Shown: positions 52,751 to 64,000 of the stretch, piece by piece | Numbering within the stretch: the stretch's first letter is position 1 | Layout: every line of letters starts with the position of its first letter | Source of the DNA: Raillietiella orientalis | Taxonomy: Eukaryota | Assembly: GCA_036172245.1 (NCBI GenBank) | Contig: JAYWIR010000018.1 | Location: forward strand, 3,100,001-3,164,000 | Direction of reading: 5' to 3' | Length of the DNA stretch: 64,000 bases | Program-made: the position numbers and the translations under genes | The notes under the pieces: generated by a model | Told to the model about the DNA's origin: nothing | The model's input: the letters and a program-made list of their open reading frames with translations, nothing else | Databases searched by the model: none

Positions 52751-55700
52751 TAGAAATCCTCCGTCCACATCGGTAGCTACCACTTCTTTTTGGACGTTTC
52801 CTTTATCGTAAGGGTGCCGCAGTCCACAAATCCAACATGCATCGCGTCCTTATTGGATGTTAGCGGAAACCGCGAGGTTGAGACATAGCCCGCGGGATCC
52901 CAAATTCTTTCATCTTATCTTCATCCAAGGATCAGGACCCTGCAGAGCCAACCATTGAATCTCGAAACACGCACAGTGGACAGCGGACTCGAGGACTTCC
53001 GAACGCACCAGAATGCTGTCGAAAGGGTACGCAACGTCAAGGAACTCTGTTCTTTTCCCTTAGCACGGCACAGAATCTGCATGGAGGCGAGAAGCCGAGT
53101 CCACAGACCGTGGTTTTTGCAGGCGGCCACTTCCCAGCTCCTTCCTCCACTCGTCGCCTCAGACCGGTGGAACAGCGCGTCCTGTAGCCGAGTGCGCGCG
53201 AGGGAGTGCCGCGGCACCGACTTGGCACCTGAGGTGGCGTCTCATCACAAACTCGACGTACTATGCAGACGCAACCTGACTTGAGAGTTGCTGAGTCGAG
53301 CAGCCTGGGCAAATCTGCGATCTGCCTCGTCCCTCTGAGGAGAGAGAGAGGTTCGATCCATCGCACGACACAGATTTCTTTCTCCTGGTCTCTGTGTGGT
53401 CATCTATCAGCGGGCATCACGCCTGACTGCGCTGAAAGTCACGGACACTCGACGCCAACTTTTCCCCTCGTGGTCGCATAGAATGCCCCGCCACCGAAGC
53501 TCTACGGCCTCTCCCGTGACCTGACTGCGCCGAAAAGTCACGGCCATCCGACGCGGGTGCGTCAAATGCTGGCGGTGTGGTTGAGCGCTGGGCATATCCA
53601 CCAGACGCACCAGCTGGGACGACGATTGAGTGACATGCGGCGGCCGAAACGCAGAACTCTTTGCGATGCCTCTGGCTTTCTACGTGGGGCCGAAATGCAA
53701 CAAGCGGACTCGGGGGCGTGGCGGTGGCGAAGACCTCCCTGCCTCCAGCTGCAGATCAGAACGTCAACAAGAGCAAAGCATTCGCCTCGCAGCAGAGCAG
53801 ACACTCCTCCCCCCCCCGGCTGTTGATCCGCAGGTGCGCACTGATGCTTTTTTAGAGTGTTGGAGCGGATGCACACCCAGCGGAAGCGGAGAAAGTCGTG
53901 GAAAAATTCCCCTCTTTCCGCACCTCATCCCGGAAAGCGCGGGAGCCACTCGTTTGCTTCGAATCCCGATTTAAAATCGGGATTCGAAGCAAGGCGGTCG
54001 CTTAGGATCCAAGGCCGGTCGGGCGAGCCCTTCCCTGCTTTCTCGACCACCCCTTCCGCCTCCCTGCGTCAAGGCGGAGCGCGCGAATAGAACCGTCTGG
54101 AGTTCCCTGCGGCACTTCCCTCCGCGCCTTCCCTCCAACCCAAAGGGATTCCTGCCTTCACGTCCCTGCGTGTCCTGAGGAAGGATTTCCGCGCTTTCAG
54201 CTTCCGAGGCGTCTCCCGTCCTCAGCAGCGTTGCCCAGTTGCCGCGCACACCTTTCGCCGTGAGCCATCTGGCAGAGTCTGGCGTCTAGCGGGTCGGCAC
54301 TGGGCATCGTCCTTTAGGGGAGACTGCTTCCCCGCTGGGCACCCTTTCTCTCTGCATCACCCGATACGGGCATAGTTCAGACAGGAGCAGATCCCTTCCC
54401 AGGGCGAAAGAATCCAAAAAGACGGCTTCACCCGGCTCGTCCCCCAGGAACTTCACTCGGGATCGCAACCCCCGAGCCCCGCTCTCAGGCAGCAGCCGCT
54501 GCTTGTGGGGCCTCTCATCTCCTTTCTGGCAGGGACGAAGCAGGAAGTGCACCTGGGAGAATCCGGGTGCACTTCCTGCCTCTGCCCTTTCGCTCTGAAG
54601 AGCGCCTGCTTTCCTAAGGCGACGGCGACGGCAACGGCAGCGGCTGACCGCTGACGACCGCGATGACGAACGATGACATCGAGGTGGCGGAGGACGGAGG
54701 GCAGCAGGAACCATTTTTCTTGGGTGAGGACGCCTTGATCTTTGGGATTAGCTCGAACTGCACTTGCTGTTTTGGGATGCACGTGTTTCGTCATCAGTCA
54801 TCTTGCCCCGAAGCCTTCCCAAACCATCACAGATGACGTGAGTGAGCGCGATGGGCACCTCGTGGCTGCAGAGCAGCGTCAACACAGGCGTTGGCTGGAA
54901 TGAAGGGTCCACACCACGGAGGTACGCTGCTCCTCTCGTTCTGGTCGCAATTCTTGAGCGAATGAGTCCGATCCCGTCCCGTCAACCCGACGGCATTCCA
55001 GCCTGCGAAGCGACCCCAGCCAAGGCGTTGCTGACCGGGGGGAAGCCGTCGCCGTTTTCCGAGTGAAGACCGATGGAAGGTCTGGTCGCCTTCGCGACAA
55101 AGGAGAGCGGGGGGGACAGAATGGGGGAAAGGAAGGAAGTGCAGCGCGCCCGGCGCCACCTCCCGGCGACCTCTCCGGGCATCCTCGCACGCGGACCTGG
55201 GCAGCCAACGGGCAGAAAGGAATGATTCGACGGCTGCAGGTGGCACCGGCGGAGGTCCTCGACGGGAGGGATACTCATACATTCTGCGGAGGTGACGCCT
55301 CGCGGACTCACCCACGAGTGCGCGTCCACTGTGAGGAGGGGACCATCATGAATGCGCGGACTTGGAGACCCAGATGTGATGCTTCCGATAGAACCCCTTT
55401 TTAACAGACCCTGTTCCATCTGACCTCCAGGTCACATCACCTGACCCTATCCGATGCGACCTAGCGATGGCGGCACGGCTGCCCCTCCCCCAAGGAAGTT
55501 TATCACCCGGTTATGACGGGGCATTTATCCCTCAAGGAAATGCTGCTCCGCATAGGGCGAGAAGGCGCGAAACCGGGAAGCCCTTCCCGCCTCTGCGAAC
55601 GAGGACGGGAAGGAGCTAGAACTCGCCTAGAAGTTGCAGCTGAATCTAGCGAGTGATGGGGCTGCAGGCATGGCGGCAGTCTGGGGATCCTTTAAATGCA

Positions 55701-56344
55701 ACGCTTAGCTTAACTCCGATCCGTTGCTTGCAGCCCCTTGACGACTGTGCCCTCCGGGAGCCTTCTGGAAGCCCTCCTCTCGAACTCGAAGAGACGTCAT
55801 CCGTGGGAGTAAGCGCAGGAAGCCTCGTGAGCCCGTGGGACGCTGCCCCTCGCCTGCATGTTTACTCCATTATTGCCTATCATTGCCCTGTATTGCTTCA
55901 TCTCCTTTAGGAAGACCACACCCTCTGACCACTCCCCTCGAAGTGGGAGGAAAAGGAGAAGTGGGGAACTCCTACTTTTTCCGGGGACGCCTGCCTGCTG
56001 CTTTGCTGTTTGTGGGAGGCGAGTCCCCTGCCCGCAACACCCTTATTCCCGAATGGTCCGCGCCCTAAGTCTGAATGCAGAGCTTCTTCCCACAGCTCCA
56101 GGAAAGGGGTCGGCAGCTGTGAGACTTGTGGCCCTTCCTGGAGGACGCCTCCTGAGTCTCCGATCTTGGGAAAAGGGCCGAAACAACTTCCACGTCCCTC
56201 CCTGACCGCGGCGGCGCAATTTCACCGGGAATGGAGGCGCAATTGTCATCAGTGGAAGGAACAGGCGCCCTCCCGTGAGATCTCAGCAGTTCCGGGGAAA
56301 TTTCCCTAGCAGCCGGCTCTCAAATGGAGCCACGAAGCTGCGCA

Positions 56345-56475
56345 GCGCATGCGCGACAGCACTCCCCGCCCCTGAAGACGCCAGCCACGGAACCTCCGGA
56401 CTCACAAGAAACTCCCGTACGAGTCGGAGTTGATGTTGCCGCCCGTCAGTCCGCGCCGTGGGCAATCAGCCCAAT
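56345..56475. promoter_or_regulatory. Candidate promoter motif cluster: NRF1/Ewg palindrome, GC box, CCAAT box
   Basis: GCGCATGCGC (56345-56354), CCCCGCCCC (~56364) and CCAAT (56471) within 130 bp, about 1.1 kb upstream of a candidate first exon. Confidence 0.35.
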
Positions 56476-57544
56476 CCAGTGGGAGCCTCATTCCGGGGGT
56501 AGGGATGTAGGGAAACTTTCGAAGTGAATTGAGCAGCTTCCCGCTTATCTGAAGCAAGGCATCGCCCTCATCTCTATCCACCCGCCTTCATGCGGGTCAG
56601 TTGGCGCCCCAGGATGGCGAAAAGCAGCAAGTGCAGGGCGCTCCCACACGGAACTGATCGCCCCGAGAGACAGGGCACGCGCGTCTCGACTGTCAGCAGA
56701 GCAGGCGGGCGAATCAGACGGAAGCTTCCGGGAGGCAACGGCCGGCTCTCCGGCTCATGCAGGGGAGGGAGGAGTGCGTGGCAGCGCCAAAGAATGCGGT
56801 CGGAGCAGTCGCAAGTGTGCAGGCGGGCGCGCCGGAGCCGTCCTCCTCGCGTTGACTGGTCTGACTGGGGGCCTTCCCCTCGCACCTGAGAAACGCTGGC
56901 GGACGTGCCACCGGTGCACGACAGCAGAAGAGCGAGCGTTCTCCAGAAAGGAACGGACTCGCCTCTCACCTTCTCTCCCCCCCCCACACACAATCCCACG
57001 CCACCCCTTCAGGTGCGGAGGTGCCTCGCACCGGTGCGGACAGCGACCAAAGGCGCTTCAGATTCAACCGTTCGGGACCGGAAGCTTCGGAAAGGGAGCG
57101 AGGGACGGAGGGTGCGATGCTCTCTGGAAGCTATCGCTCGCCACTTCCTCTCCCTTCAAGGAAAAACATGATAGGCGGTTGACCAGCTGCCTCGCCCTCC
57201 TGGCGACCGCGAGAGGTCGTCACCGGCGTTCCCGCTTGCCCTGGGGCTTCCATAGGAAGGGGGACCTCCCCCGTTCCTAGCGTCTATCTCGTCCCTACCC
57301 GGGGGCGATCGAAGAGCTGCCAACCCCTTATACGTTCGCGCGTCCTCCCGGTCCTCGATATGCTGAATGGCCACGTCGCGAGCGGACTCTGGGCTCTCCC
57401 GCCGTCGCTGCCGACCCGCTGGCGTGAGTGCTCCGCCCCTTCTGCTTCGCGCGCGCCCTCTGCCGGCCGCTCCAGGAGGGAGGAGGAGGGGGAAGAATGA
57501 AAGGGGGGAAAAAGAAAAAAAAGAGGAGGAGGAGGAGGACAGCG

Positions 57545-57669
57545 ATGACGACGACGGGCGAGTCCCGATTTTTCCCCGCGGAGGAGTGGAGCAGCGAATT
57601 CCCGGCTCCGCCACTGCCGCCACTGCCGCCGCCGCCGCCGGTGTCGCCTCCTGTCGTCGACGAGGCAAG
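57545..57669 (+). CDS. Candidate first coding exon of an unidentified gene (MTTTGESRFFPAEEWSSEFPAPPLPPLPPPPPVSPPVVDEAR)
   Basis: ATG in a local GC/CpG island, proline-rich frame, strong donor AAG|GTAAGG at 57670; no downstream exon recognised in the window. Confidence 0.4.
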
Positions 57670-60469
57670 GTAAGGCGTTGCTGTTCTCCTGTGTGGGGGG
57701 GAGAGACAGGCGAGTTACCCTGGGGAGAGCCTCCGAGTGAACCACACGACTCCGCAAGCAGCCTCCCGCGCGGCCGGGCTTACCAGCGGCACCACTCGAC
57801 CCCGTTCCTCCCGCCCACGGGCCCAGCACGTCAGGAGGGGCAAGCGAACGCGCACGTGTGCTCAATAGGTCACCTTCCCCTGTCTGCCCCTCCTAGGGAG
57901 GGAAGGACGTTCCGTCCGGGCTTTCGGGTGGGCCGCCCTTTCCCTTTGGCGTCGCTTTCGCGTGTTCGAGAGGCGGCCCATAGGACGGGGGTGCGACGGA
58001 GGAGGAGAGAAGGGGAGAGACTCAGTTTTTAAGATTCCTGAAACAGTCGCGTCCTGAAGGGTCGACGGGCAGAAGCGAGATGGGCAGCAGAAGTCCATAA
58101 CGTGCCGAAAGGTCACCAGGGAGGAAGAGTTTTCCTTTCCGGAACTCCCAACCCATGGGCTCATCCCCGTCCGACTCCAGTCGACGGTGGGTCCGGCTTC
58201 ATGCAGGAGGGGGTTTTGCCCTCTGAGACAGAATAGGGCGTCTGGTATTACAAAGTGGCCTTCAGAGGATCTCTTCGGGTACTTCTTCGTGTATTCTACC
58301 CGATGGACCTTATCCACTTAATTCTATTCCTCCTCGATTTCTTCCATTCCTATCCTCATCGAGAGGAATGGAAGAAACCAAGAAGGGAGAAGGTCCATAT
58401 GCTCAGGGCTGGGAGTGTGACATGAGGCGGAGTTCCTAGCAAAGTTCTTTTTACGAGACACCGAAGAGGATTTCCAGCGTACTCACCAGCAAAGGGAGGA
58501 TGAAAACGGCAAAGAACAAGGAAGGCAGCCATGGCAGGTGTACTATTGCTGACCAAAGAAGAAAATGCGGAGGTTCTTCTGCCGCGGATCTTCCAAGAGA
58601 CACATCCATTTTCTTTCTTTTCTCCTCGTTGTTCTTTGTTTCTTGTTCTCCTTCCTTCTCTTCTTTTTAGTCCTTTACTTGTTCTTCTGATTGTTCTTAT
58701 TTCCCCGGTCTCTGTTTTCTTCCTCTGGGAGAAAGTAGTTTTAAGGACTCTCAAGGAAGGATCACGGAGGATAAATTTCCGGAACGCCTCTTCCCGAATC
58801 CAGCGCGCTCCACGAGCCTGCTCAGCGCTTCCCCACCGAGCGGAACCCCCAGCAGCAAAACGGGGCACTGAGCTTCAGGGAGCAAATGAGGTGGGCGCGC
58901 GCAAAGTTTCCCACAGAGCGAAAGGATTGCAATGATTCCCCGTTCTTTTTTTCTTCTTCTGTCCCCTTTCCGGAGTCATAAGTGGTAACAGGCCTCATCG
59001 CAGCACATCGGAGACGATGGTGCCTCGTCTGCGGCTGGAGCGGAAAGACCACGTGGATTTGGGGATCTCTTTGCATCTCCACGTCTCCCTTCCCACCAGC
59101 ATCGTCGGTATCTCCCTATGAGGCGGAACAACGCTCTCTAGGAAACCATCCGCGCGCGGGCGGCTCCCGGCTAGTCCGTAGACTCGCTTAGCAACTACAG
59201 GTCCATCTCGCAGCTTCTCATCTCCTTTGTCCGCAAGGGATTGCGGCTTTCTTCATCCCCGCTCCAGACTTTCACTCCTATTAGATCCGGACGAGAGTCT
59301 GATTCGGACTTCTGACCTCCAGTCCGTGGACAGGAATACGCCGCGAGCTCCTCCTGCTGGTACTATTGCACGCTCGATTCTCCGGAGTCTAAGCTGCTCG
59401 GAAGGGAGCATCCTGTTGCCGTGGGAATGGGAGCGGAACGAGAGGGGAAGCTGGGCTGGTTCCCTCGAGGAGCTTCTCCTCCGACTCACCGCATCGGAGG
59501 GATGATCTCCCGAACCGTAGCTACAGATGCAAGTCCTCACCATCCAGCTGCGAGATCCTTTTCCACACCCTGCCTCCGGAGATGCTCGCCGAAGACTGGA
59601 ACCTCCTCCTACCGAAAGGAAACGCGAAACCAGCAGCTTCTCAGTCAATTCCTCCATCCGATGCTGCAATCGACAATGTTTGCCGAGCACCAGCTTCCGG
59701 CACTTCCCCTCCACAACGAGCTTTTTGTCCCTCTGTTTCTTTCGCTCGCTGTCCAGACAACTTCCTGCTTTCCTGTTGTTGTTGCTGCTGCTTTCTTCGT
59801 CTTCTTAAAAGCCCTTGTCTGCGCGTGGACGCTGCGCCAAAGACGCCACCAGCGCCCTTCCTTGTCTTTTGAAACTCGTCCGACCTTTCTTGTCCATGGC
59901 GCGAGGTTCTTAAAAAGCCCCGTGGCTGCCATTACGGGTGCGGCTACATTCTCACTTGCACGCAGTCACCCGCAAAGCAGAATGGCCATCTTCCTTCCTT
60001 CCTATGGTAATTGCACCCTCCTGCATCTGGGTCCTGCGTCACTGCGGCGCCAGACAGCAGTCATCAAACTTCCGAAGAAACAAAACTCTCGACCCCTTCC
60101 GCTCACCCTCCGTAACGAGGGTCCCCCAAAACCGCTGCAAGCCACCTAACCCCACACTTCCTCTTCCACTCCATTTGTGGCACTCTTTTCGCCCTCCCCC
60201 TGCATCCGCATACCCCCTGATCGATGCCGCATTCGAATCTTTCTATTCGGCATCGCTCCCTCTCCTAGCGCCTCATCCAGAATGGTTTCATCCCGCTCTG
60301 CAACAGTGGTGGGTCGTCCGCTCGGGCACACCGGGGTGTTCATTCACAAAGAACGAACAAGGCGGGAATGTGGTTCCCAAGCGAACGCTAGCAGAAGTTC
60401 AACGGAGGGTCCCCCGATACACAGGTCGTCCACTTCGAGACGGAAGGGAGTCCGAAACGGGAGGGAAGT

Positions 60470-62200
60470 GATAATAAATAAATAAAGGGAGGTCGGGGAC
60501 AGGGTCTTTGCATTCGGCCGCTCCTTATTCCTAGAACCGGCGCCTGATGTAGTCCGTCTCCGTCTTGACTTCCTCTTTTTGGTGAGACCACCTGATAGCA
60601 GCCGTCCTCTTGTGAGCGACTGCCATGCAGGTGACCTTCCTTCGCTGCATATGCCTCTGCAAGACATGGCAGGCCGAGACGATGACGCGGTTGCAACATC
60701 TCGTGGAGATCACTGCGGCTGCCGAGAATCTTCCATGCGCGAAGAATCGCTTCAGCAGGCCACAGGCGGTGTCCTCCTGGTGCAGGAGCACAGAAATTAG
60801 TCTTCTCCGCTACAGTTCGCTGAGGTCACCGTAGTCCAGTAACAGGTGCAGGATCGACTCTGCCGACCCACACCTGGAACAGTTCGGGGATGCAGCTCCC
60901 CCGGAGACGAGATGCAGGCGCCGATCACACTGGAATCGCCAGTGCGGAGACAGCAGCACAGCTCATTTTCAACTGAAACGAAACATAGAAGTGTCCAGAC
61001 ACGAAGGAGAGACCGCGCGTTCTTTAGGAGGCACACTTGGAATCTCTCTACCGACGTGGTCCCTTTGCCCAGGAACCAGGAGTGGAGACGTCCACCAGAT
61101 CGCCTGGTTCTAAGAGCGAGAGTCAGCAGTCATGGCTTCGCCACCCAAGCAAGTCTCATTGATGGCGAAGTATCATTAAAGAGTGGGTTCCTGAGACGTA
61201 ACCATCCTTTTGTAGAGGCGGCTGCAAATTTCCATCAAAGAAAACTGTGTTTTCAGTACAGCACAAGTTTGTACTTGTACAGATAACGTTCAGAGAGATA
61301 GTCGCCACGAAATTGATTCCACCCTGCATCGAAAGCATCACGAAACCAGAAAAAGATTCCGGCCAGATCACACGTGCACATTAAAGTACGCATACATAAT
61401 ACAAATAAACGCATTCATACCGACGTGTTTGTATCGAACTTGTGCTGACACGACTGATGCCTGATTCGAGTCCAATTAAGTTTGTGTTGACGATCGTTTT
61501 GCTCATTCCAGTTTGCGGAGATGGTTTACTTAGGATATTAAAGGACATCCGGGAACATTTTTGGGGGTATCGTGTTGCTTTGCAGAATGACGACAAGTTG
61601 CCATCAGAGCTGCTGATACCGGTTCGGAAGTGTTCTCATGTTGCAGATGAGAAACATCACATTCTAATAGGTCTTGTTTCCACATTTTTGAAACTCTTCC
61701 AAATTTTCAAGTTTCGCGTATTCCAAAATTTGCGCAAGCTCTTCGAGTGAGAAAAACTTTCGCCGGCACTTCTGGGAGCCTTCTAGAAGAGCCGAAACTG
61801 CTTCTAAAGAAGCTCCTAGGGTTTGCATCACTACTGGTTGATTATCCGTAAGGAACCAAAGGCAGCCAGCTGACTCGCTCCGTAAGTGCCCTCGTTGCTG
61901 GCATTCATGAATGTGTCCATCTGCGGCCCGATGCCACAAGATGGTTGACTGCTCCTTAGTTACTAAAGCGGTGTATGAGCGGAACTCTGGGTACGCGAAG
62001 GCCACTGTTTTCGCGTATCCAGAGTGAGCGTCCAGGGGAAAGGAAACGTTCTGGGAAGCAATTTTTCCTGAAGGTCCTCAGCTCCCACTCTTCCATTCTC
62101 TCAGTGATGAGGGCGATGCTGCGAAAGCATCAAGCGCACAAGAAATGCAGCGATCAACAAGAGCTGCGACTCATATGGTGCACGCCGCGAGGAACACAGC
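60470..62200 (-). mobile_element. Decayed L1/Tx1-like LINE 3' half; may extend to ~63.1 kb
   Basis: Zinc-knuckle remnant CSRCGSAESILHLLLD near 60850; ORF ends at 60531; short (TTTA)n run near 60475; homologous to the 45.2-46.1 kb copy. Confidence 0.65.
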
Positions 62201-64000
62201 GTAATATTCAGGTGGCTCGGAAAGTGAGAAACCACTCACTTTCGAAGAACGGATCCGAATGGGAAGCTGTTCGGGCTTTTCCAGAGGGTACGCGTTGCCG
62301 TTTTCCAGACCTGCAGCGCTTCCGTCCGGAATGTACTGTCGTCCCTGTGCAAGGATGATGCTGTGGCTGAGTCCACAGAGCTTGGCTTGCTCCTGGTATG
62401 CTGCACTCAGACCACCGACTTCACCGCTCAGATTTCACCCTTAGCCACTCTTCTATGAAGTGCTTTTTGCTTTGTAAGAAGCGATCTGTGCGCTACTTGC
62501 AAAGCTACTCAAACCCCATCTCATCAGCCATGGCCGCTTTTCGCACGATCTTCCGGCAAGTTCGAAGTCTTGCTTTTGCACGGGACAGCCCTTTCAAGTA
62601 ATAGTTCGTCACTAGTACGAGTACTTCCTTGATGAATCTTTCCGAGCCCCTCTGATCTGCGTTTTGTACGCTGGAAAACCCTCTTCCTCGAAGTCGAACG
62701 AGCTGGAGATTGATTCCTGCAGAGGAAAAAATCTTCCCTGTGTTCCAAATCGCGTCGCCGCACGCATTTCGCCCGGAGAAATCACGCATCGGGGAGGGGG
62801 AGCAGCGGAGGGTACCTACGAACGGTCCCTGACGACTCTACCTTGTTTCCATCATGTGTCACCTAAATTATTGGACTATGAGCTGGTGCTCTTGCCTTTC
62901 AGGGAAGCCTCACGAACTGAATCATGGATGATGATTCTCTGACTGTTCATATGATTCAGCACAGTGAGCACTAAATAGTTCACGGGGACTCCGCTAGCAC
63001 GATTATGGGACCATGTCATTGAAAAGGAACGCAGGCGTTGTTGAGAATCTCGACGACCTATCTGCAATACCAAAGTTCTCTCCACGTGCCTATCATAAAG
63101 ACATAATAAAAAAAATCAGTGCTGAACTGAAGATAAAGTAGAGAGAAAACTCACTCACTAAGCAACCTTTTACTCTTACGGAAGCTTCCCAGAAAGCCTG
63201 AAGGACTTAGTCGGAAGAAAACCGCTCAAAAAAGAACCAAAATTCCAATGAAAACAGAAAGACCAGAATAGACACGTATAGAAAAGACAAGTATTGAAAA
63301 GAATATCGGGAAACCCTGAAGACTGATTGAAACAGAACACAAGCAATTGGAAGAGCACACAAGTCTTATACATTCTTGAGTGTTCTTTTCAGACCTCTGA
63401 AAGAAAGAGGAGTTGTCGCCCAGCAGACAGCTCTTTTTGCTCTCAGAGTATGACAGAAGTGACTGGAAAGTTAGATGCACAGCCGCCGTGACTCCTTAAA
63501 CTGAAGATGAGATGGTGGAAAGTAGCATTTTGTACGAGTTGCAGATTGTAGCTAGGTTGAGGCTGCATCTCCACAGCAAATTCTGCAAACATGAGAGATG
63601 GATTCAATCACTTGGGTTTTGTGCAAAATTTTCGCCGGCCTTTCGTATTCGTGGTTTCTGCCTTGGAAGTGAGTGCTTTGCTCAGTCCGAAAAAAAGTAG
63701 TGCAGCTTCATTCGATCCACACAGCATAACAAAACGAGTCTGTCCAAAAACGGAATTGCCCTTGGGGTGCCTACACTCCATTCGCCTCTCTACCTAAGTG
63801 AGGCAGGCTAGTTAATTCAACAGTTTCTCTAAGGCGCATCTTCGCATTTACTTGTCTGGAGAGAATGTCTGCTACAAACTCACTTCCTTCCCAAACGTTC
63901 CGATTGTCCGAATTAGGAGGGGTAGTCCCGCACCCGCTTACGACTAGTTTGAGGGAACCGATGGCCTTCAGGCTCACAAGAGATAACCGAATTTCATTCA

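Overview
Eukaryotic animal genomic DNA, probably an arthropod or related protostome (inferred from protein motifs; not resolved further). It has three compositional zones. (1) About 1-28.6 kb is very GC- and CpG-rich and holds a spliced IQSEC/BRAG (schizo/loner-type) Arf-GEF gene on + with IQ, Sec7 and PH domains. A 9-exon, 975-aa model closes in frame; the two 5'-most exons are tentative. (2) About 29-38.6 kb is AT-rich and holds a complete 11-exon, 558-aa SH3-PX-BAR sorting nexin (SH3PX1/SNX9-18-33 family) on -, with seven 40-53 nt introns and a CpG-depleted gene body. (3) About 38.6-64 kb is intermediate in GC and is mostly decayed transposons: several L1/Tx1-like LINE remnants, a probable LTR integrase remnant, a possible hAT remnant, and three copies of a dispersed repeat I do not recognise that has an internal ~40-bp minisatellite. 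It also has a candidate promoter and first exon of another + gene. Several long inverted repeats occur, some centred on TTTAAAA. Most ORFs in the supplied track are GC-content artefacts. I cannot establish a wholly new biological system from sequence alone. The best leads are the hairpin set, the three-copy repeat family, the ultra-short introns and the methylation-like footprint.
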